From Eledone cirrhosa (lineage: Eukaryota), in NCBI GenBank assembly GCA_964016885.1, contig OZ024740.1, forward strand, positions 395,064,001 through 395,128,000: a stretch of 64,000 nucleotides of DNA, written 5' to 3'. The translations under genes and the position numbers were made by a program. Within the stretch, counting starts at the first letter, position 1, and the number at the start of each line of letters is the position of its first letter. The notes beneath the pieces were generated by a model that was given only the letters and a program-made list of their open reading frames with translations, was not told the origin of the DNA and searched no databases. Positions 54,548 to 64,000 of this stretch are shown here, piece by piece.

Positions 54548-55451
54548 TTATATATATATATATATATGTATATGTGTGTGTATGTGTGTGTGTGCACACA
54601 CACACATACATGAGGTTGAGTCATTAATTGTAATACAATAATTTCTGTTCTATCAGTAGGAAAATAAGTCATGTGCTCATCACTAGACATGATCTCTCTC
54701 TAGTCATTATAGAGCTGGTTTGAACATAAAATATCAATTAAGTTGTCGTTATTGTTATTACATTAACCAAAGCATTCAGGGATCTGTTTTATGTGGATTG
54801 AATGTGTATAAATAAATTGAACCCTGAATTATAAATATGTATTGTTTTTCATTTTTCCTTGTTTTCGTTTGTTGTTTCATCCTTCCTTTGTTAATTTTCC
54901 TACATTTTTCATTACTAATCTGTGATGGACGTCTTCTCTCTTCTCCCCATTAATTTCAATGGCTCACGTTTTTAACACGATTTCTTACTTTTTTCTTTTT
55001 GATTTTTTTCTTCCTTTTTTTCCTTTGTTTTATTCATGACTCCCCTGCTATAACTTATAGTATAAGACGCCACACATATTCCCTGACATCACATAAAATT
55101 CTATGTGTACTTATTGTAGCTTAATTGCTATAAATTAATGTTTTGTCTCTTGTTTCTTACTCCACTAGACATCATTTGGCTTGTGTCAGGCATTGTTACA
55201 TTGGGTGGACCAGCAGTACTGTTGGTAGGGGTCGAAACTGTCTAAGTCCATTTCAACAACGGCCGGTGGTCATCTAGTTCTGTGTCCTTCATTTGTATTT
55301 TTATTTTTTTTTTATTATTTTTTGAAGGTTTCCCCTTAAAACATTGTTTTTTTTTTTGTTTTGCCTTCTTTTTATCATTGTCTTGTCCTCTCTTTGTTAA
55401 TTTTCTTAAGTATGTATATATGTATGTGTGTGTGTGTGTGTGTGTATGATG

Positions 55452-55555
<104 letters not shown>

Positions 55556-55753
55556 TGTGGCTGACTGGTTAGCGAATTGGATTACCAATCGTGAGGTTAT
55601 GAATTTGATTCTCGGACCGGGCAATGCATTATGTTCTTGGGTATTTCACATTGCTCCTTTGGATTTGTGACCGATAGATAGTTTAAGCAATTAGAAAGGC
55701 CAATGGAAACATTGTTTCTTTGGTCCGATTTGAATAAAGTCGATCGACTGTTG

Positions 55754-55785
<32 letters not shown>

Positions 55786-55907
55786 TTATAATTTTCTTAT
55801 TTTACGTCTCTCATATTATTGTCCTGCAACCCCATGCATTGAACCACAAAGTTACTAAGACAAACCTATATATATACACATATATACATATATATATACA
55901 TATACAC

Positions 55908-55938
<31 letters not shown>

Positions 55939-55955
55939 TATATATATATATATAT

Positions 55956-56150
<195 letters not shown>

Positions 56151-56312
56151 TATATATATAAACACACACACATATATATATATATATTCATTAGTTAAGC
56201 AAAACAAGACCACAAACTTCACAAGGAAGACATTATTAAAAGATTGTCAACATATTTTAGTTTGATGTAAGGAATGTAGAGAATAATAATAATAATATTA
56301 ATAATAATAATG

Positions 56313-56447
56313 TCCGTTTACAATTGTTTCGCTACTCCATATAATATTTCTGGATCAGATGACTATATATCATAATTGATCTGGTTCAGTTGAAAATAAT
56401 AATTAACATATTTAAAAGACAGAGCGGCTCATCGGAACTTCAAAGGA
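56313..56447 (-). ncRNA. Type I hammerhead (U4C core, ~95-nt stem II) in the PLE terminal repeat
   Basis: Minus strand gtt-CCGATGA-gccgctct...ggagtagc-GAAA-CAATTG-TA^-aac, with palindromic stem III ACAATTGT. Confidence 0.7.
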
Positions 56448-56813
56448 ATATAAATTAAAATAATGGGATAATGTTAAATATTATAATGTTCCATATATTG
56501 GTTTTTACTATGGTGTTTTGGTTGCATCAGCTGTCAGCCATAATCCAGCAGTATTCATCTGTCGAGGCTGCATTGTGTGAGATCTGCCTATGGGTAACAA
56601 GATGGCTGCCAAAGGGCATATTTACCTTACTAATTAGAGGGTGGTTTCAGGGGAAGTAACTTCTCGAGAAATTAGAGATTGTGAGTATTTATAGTTAAGT
56701 GCTAGTTTTTAAATTTTTTAATTGAGAGACAATGTAGGGGAGGTAACTTATCATTATCGAGTTGTTCATAGCAATTTAACTTATTAGCTACAAGTAGAAA
56801 TGGGGCTACATGA

Positions 56814-57696
56814 CTAAGTTGGGTCAAAAACTCTATTGGCGAAGGAATTAGCCCTTCGATGTTGACAGCTAATGGTTACCTCCGTTCTATCGTTAATCGG
56901 TAGAGGTCGTGATAGAGTTATGTAATATGCTTCCGTAACACAGAGATCACAAGATTTTCTTCGTCCATTGAACGGTTGGGCCCTAGCCACGATATCCCAT
57001 TTTAGTGAGTGTTGAACGTTGTTTAATTTAAGGTTTTTAATGAGCCTAGCTAGCGATGTCGAACATCTGTTGCTAGGGTCTCGGAAGGAAAAAGAGTGCA
57101 CGTTATAGCGTACCTTAAAAGGGTTAGAGGTAGACCCGATATAATAGCTGGTATTCGAAGCAGTCTCAACCGTACACCTATAGACTATGTTGGGTGTCAG
57201 GCAGTGTCCATTTAATGGACATGCAATGGGGTAACGGCAGTTGCAGTTGCTTCTGCGGTTAGTGAGAGTAGGGTTGTTTAACCTAAGCGGTCAGTGTTAG
57301 AAGGATTAGATGGGGGATGTGTGCTACTAGAGTAATTATTGGTGTAGTGGCGTGGTGTATTTGATAGGGGTGGTGGTATCACGGTGTGGGAGTTATACTG
57401 TCTTAGCTTATGATGGTTACTGAACGCGATGTGGCTAGCTAGGTTAGGTGTTGTGGAGAATGATATTTTAATGTTATTTTTATTAAAGAGTTTGTAATAT
57501 CTATGGTTGGGGGTAAGTGTTTGGATAGGATAGAGAAGTGTTTGGGGATATTAGTGGCTAGATTAGATGAGAATGGTGGGTTGAGCCAGGTGATATTTCT
57601 AGGTCTATTCCTTCTAGGGGTTCTAGTGGAGTTGGTAGGGGCCTTCCTAGGGTTATTATTACCTGGAGATTTGTTATTTGTCATCCCATTTCTCAT
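56814..57696 (-). pseudogene. PLE GIY-YIG endonuclease, frameshifted
   Basis: NITWLNPPFSSNLATNI, YKLFNKNNIKISFS, CNCRYPIACPLNGHCLTPNIVYRC...YYIGSTSNPFKVRYNVHSFSF...LKWDIV...CDLCVTE...INDRTE...CQH. Confidence 0.85.
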
Positions 57697-57951
57697 TCCT
57701 ATTCTAGTGTTGATTTTTAGTTTGCTACTTGGAATAGGGAGCAGGCCGCTGCCACCATTAAAGTTCCCGGTATAGGTGCTGTTACTGCTAAAATTCCGGC
57801 GAATCTGGCTATATGCTAAGGTATTTCTAGTTCTAGTGTTAAGTTTATTATGGTGAGTTGCTGTGTTATGGCATTTAGGTATGTAATAAATTGATTGGAA
57901 TTATTATGGAACATTATATTATGTAACATTATCCCATTATTTTAATTTATA

Positions 57952-58083
57952 TTCCTTTGAGTTCCGATGAGCCACTCTGTTTTTTAAATATGTTAATTAT
58001 TTTCAACTGAACCAGATCAATTATGATATATAGTCATCTGATCCAGAAATATTATATGGAGTAGTGAAACAATTGTAAACGGA
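57952..58083 (+). ncRNA. Second copy of the PLE hammerhead (inverted repeat)
   Basis: gtt-CCGATGA(57964-57970)-gccactct...ggagtagt-GAAA(58066-58069)-CAATTG-TA^-aac; cut after 58077. Confidence 0.65.
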
Positions 58084-58379
58084 CATTATTATTATTAATA
58101 TTATTATTATTATTCTCTACATTCCTTACATCAAACTAAAATATGTTGACAATCTTTTAATAATGTCTTCCTTGTGAAGTATGTGGTCTTGTTTTGCTTA
58201 ACAAATGAATATTTCCAGCTCTGCACACCTAACTTCTGCATGAACCCAGCCACCTAGCTGCTTTCTACTGCATATTGCACATTGAGCACATGCCTTTACG
58301 CTTTGGCTTCTAACTAACTCACCAATCTTTCCTCTCATATCTCCTTTACTATCTCCATCTCTCTCTTTAAGATTGGTTA

Positions 58380-61468
<3,089 letters not shown>

Positions 61469-61659
61469 AAAAACAGTCTTGGCGCAAAATCAACTTTTTA
61501 CATTCACATGACCTCTACCGACCAATCAAAATTGTTTTGACCACAAGCATTTTTGCAACACAAAAATAACGCTGGAGCCACTTTTTTAACATAAAAACAG
61601 GTAGAATTCCCAAAAATAATCAGATCAGAGCAAACAGCACGGACACTCTATCTCAAAAT

Positions 61660-61700
61660 TATTTTTGAAAAGCATTTAGAAATGCGCAACCGGTAAAAAC
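61660..61700 (+). ncRNA. U3-A8 hammerhead motif with a mutated GAAA
   Basis: ttt-TTGAAAA-GCATT-taga-AATGC-GCAA-CCGG-TA^-aaa. Same ACCGGT stem III as 38041-38085; the A13C change is probably inactivating. Confidence 0.55.
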
Positions 61701-61859
61701 TTAAAAACTTAAAACCACAACTGAATACTAACCCATACAATCACTAATACTCTTTTATTCCTAATTAAACCATTTTTCAACTGTGAACAATTTGTCAGCA
61801 TTTTCTATTCCGTTTACCAATATATGTATATATATATATTTATTAAAATAACAGATTAA

Positions 61860-61910
61860 AGTTTAAGCAAAGAATCGCTGCTTTCACCCTTAACGGGATC
61901 TTCTAAAACT
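61860..61910 (-). ncRNA. Hammerhead-shaped motif with atypical core
   Basis: Minus strand AGTTT-TAGAAGA-t-CCC-gttaa-GGG-t-GAAA-GCA...TGC-TT-AAACT. All three stems form, but core positions 3-4 deviate. Confidence 0.4.
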
Positions 61911-62633
61911 AACAAAGTCAATCTGTAAACACAGAAGTGGATATTTCAAAAAACGTTGCAACCGGAGGAAGACAGGAAGACGATACTTTGGTTCGTGGAA
62001 ACGTTCGCTGGCAAAGAACGGGAAAAAAATAATGTAATACGTCATTAATAGGTGCGGTGAAAAACAATTATGCGCAAAGACAGAACCACGTTTATGGTAT
62101 AAAAGAAGTCGTAGACTAATGTTCTCTTAGGTGGTTCATAGAGACGTTGTCTGGCAATGAACGGAAAAAACGAAGATAATACGTCATATGTGGAGCGTGG
62201 AGAACAATTGCATGCAAAGACAAACTCACGTAAATGGTATAGCTGAAGTCGTAGACTAAAATTCTCACTAGGAAACCGAATGAATCTCTGCTTCAGAGTT
62301 AAGAATAAAGTAAATATAATACAAATCGAGCCCTCTTTGGATTTTAGTCTTCAAATTTATTATTATTACTATATATGTATATATATATGTATATATATAT
62401 GTATATATATATGTATATATATATGTATATATATATGTATATATATATATGTATATATATATATAATAGGATATGTGTTCCTTCACGCATAAGGCGCTAA
62501 GGGACGCATGTATTGTCCAACCAAATGCCAATGTGGTTCAATGGCAGGTTAATAAATTAACGAGCCAGAACATATATAAACAAGGTTTAGCAAATAATGA
62601 AAAAGTTTCAAAATAAATTTTAAAAAATTGACT

Positions 62634-62975
62634 TTACCTACTATAGTTACCTTTACCGATCGGTTTCGAATCCCAAAAATAAACGGAGACCATACGGCCT
62701 TCGTTGCAAAGAAAGATTCTCGTCAGAAGGTTCTTTTCATTCGAAGAATATAAAATTCTTGAATTTAAATTACGAACTAGCGCTATCCAAAACTGTTCCT
62801 GAGATGAGAGTGAATGAAGTGGAATCAATTTTTTCAAGGGCCGAAGTAAAGATAGAGGCAGAGGGAGGTAGGTCAAACCGGCCGCAACTATCACTAGCAG
62901 CAGTCGGAACAACCCAATTTGTCTCTCAACAATAGCGGAGAGTAGTAATAATAGGATATGTGTTCCTTCACGCAT
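62634..62975 (-). CDS. Hypothetical 113-aa ORF in the repeat unit (identical copy at 63119-63460); coding status unproven
   Basis: ATG-initiated, on the same strand as the ribozyme, overlapping it and crossing the cleavage site. Hydrophobic N-terminal half; no family recognised. Confidence 0.25.
   Translation of the reverse strand: MREGTHILLLLLSAIVERQIGLFRLLLVIVAAGLTYLPLPLSLLRPLKKLIPLHSLSSQEQFWIALVRNLNSRILYSSNEKNLLTRIFLCNEGRMVSVYFWDSKPIGKGNYSR
62649..62731 (-). ncRNA. Type I hammerhead ribozyme, copy 1
   Basis: Minus strand ACCTT-CTGACGA-GAATCTT...GGGATTC-GAAA-CCGATCGG-TA^-AAGGT. Canonical core, 5-bp stem I, extended stem II, palindromic stem III; cut at 62654/62653. Confidence 0.9.
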
Positions 62976-63133
62976 AAGGCGCTAAGGGACGCATGTATTG
63001 TCCAACCAAATGCCAATGTGGTTCAATGGCAGGTTAATAAATTAACGAGCCAGAACATATATAAACAAGGTTTAGCAAATAATGAAAAAGTTTCAAAATA
63101 AATTTTAAAAAATTGACTTTACCTACTATAGTT

Positions 63134-63216
63134 ACCTTTACCGATCGGTTTCGAATCCCAAAAATAAACGGAGACCATACGGCCTTCGTTGCAAAGAAAG
63201 ATTCTCGTCAGAAGGT
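63134..63216 (-). ncRNA. Type I hammerhead ribozyme, copy 2
   Basis: Identical to copy 1, 485 bp away; cut at 63139/63138. Confidence 0.9.
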
Positions 63217-63775
63217 TCTTTTCATTCGAAGAATATAAAATTCTTGAATTTAAATTACGAACTAGCGCTATCCAAAACTGTTCCTGAGATGAGAGTGAAT
63301 GAAGTGGAATCAATTTTTTCAAGGGCCGAAGTAAAGATAGAGGCAGAGGGAGGTAGGTCAAACCGGCCGCAACTATCACTAGCAGCAGTCGGAACAACCC
63401 AATTTGTCTCTCAACAATAGCGGAGAGTAGTAATAATAGGATATGTGTTCCTTCACGCATAAGGCGCTAAGGGACGCATGTATTGTCCAACCAAATGCCA
63501 ATGTGGTTCAATGGCAGGTTAATAAATTAACGAGCCAGAACATATATAAACAAGGTTTAGCAAATAATGAAAAAGTTTCAAAATAAATTTTAAAAAATTG
63601 ACTTTACCTACTATAGTTACCTATATATATATGTATATATATATGTGTATATATATATGTATATATATGTGTATATATATATGTATATATATATATATAT
63701 GTATATATATATTTATATATATATATATGTATATATATATGTATATATATATGTATATATATATATATGTATATA

Positions 63776-63807
<32 letters not shown>

Positions 63808-64000
63808 CATATATATATACATATATATATATATACATATATAGTAATAATAATAAATTTGAAGACTAAAATCCTGGATCCTCAGAACCGTCCAGTCGAG
63901 AGATTCCCACACCATTATTCTTCTCTTCTCTACTTTTGCCCGACCACACCTTCAATACTGTTGTCCACTGTGGTCTCCTTACACGAAACAAAGTATCATG

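Larger units (their letters stand above)
56184..58212 (-). mobile_element. Penelope-like element derivative: GIY-YIG endonuclease region between ~310-bp inverted terminal repeats
   Basis: 56184-56493 is the reverse complement of 57903-58212. The internal minus-strand relic encodes a PLE-type endonuclease, and each repeat carries an HHR. Confidence 0.85.
62464..63622 (-). mobile_element. Candidate retrozyme: 485-bp tandem array (~2.4 copies) with one hammerhead per full unit
   Basis: Units start at 62464, 62949 and 63434 and appear identical. The array is flanked by (TA)n and ends 1 nt from the predicted cleavage site. Confidence 0.8.

Noticed and set aside
56500-56580. Possible SECIS element and selenoprotein PLE (ATGAA...TGAT on the minus strand)
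   Set aside because: The helix pairs poorly, and no in-frame TGA replaces a conserved Cys in the endonuclease.
62600-62653. Spliced-leader-like reading of the unit's 5' end (AG|GUAAAG followed by AAUUUUUU)
   Set aside because: The U-rich tract is not a proper Sm site and no SL stem-loops are evident; expected by chance in AT-rich DNA.

Overview
AT-rich eukaryotic DNA, intergenic or intronic, with no protein-coding host gene I can support. The repeat landscape resembles a mollusc/octopus genome, which is an inference. Most ORFs in the supplied track are microsatellite artefacts. Recognisable content is mobile-element debris: several RTE-clade LINE relics, two tRNA-derived SINE families (one borrowing the RTE 3' tail), a mariner transposase pseudogene, TTAA-flanked piggyBac-type MITEs, a Ty3/Gypsy gag-protease-RT-integrase relic, a CRE-like endonuclease fragment, and Penelope-like element (PLE) pieces (a GIY-YIG endonuclease and an RT 'DKG' fragment). 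The unexpected signal is about a dozen type I hammerhead ribozyme (HHR) motifs that I could fold by hand. Several have palindromic stem III, elongated stem II, or core variants (U3-A8, U4C). Most lie in short non-coding elements embedded in (TA)n, and several have fold-back duplications. The best case is a 485-bp tandem array (about 2.4 apparently identical copies, 62464-63622). Each full unit carries an intact HHR on the minus strand, the array's 5' end falls within 1 nt of the predicted self-cleavage site, and a 113-aa ORF spans the cleavage/ligation junction. It is a candidate retrozyme (circular-RNA retroelement), possibly coding, probably mobilised by PLE machinery. All folds are manual; no activity or database search was done.
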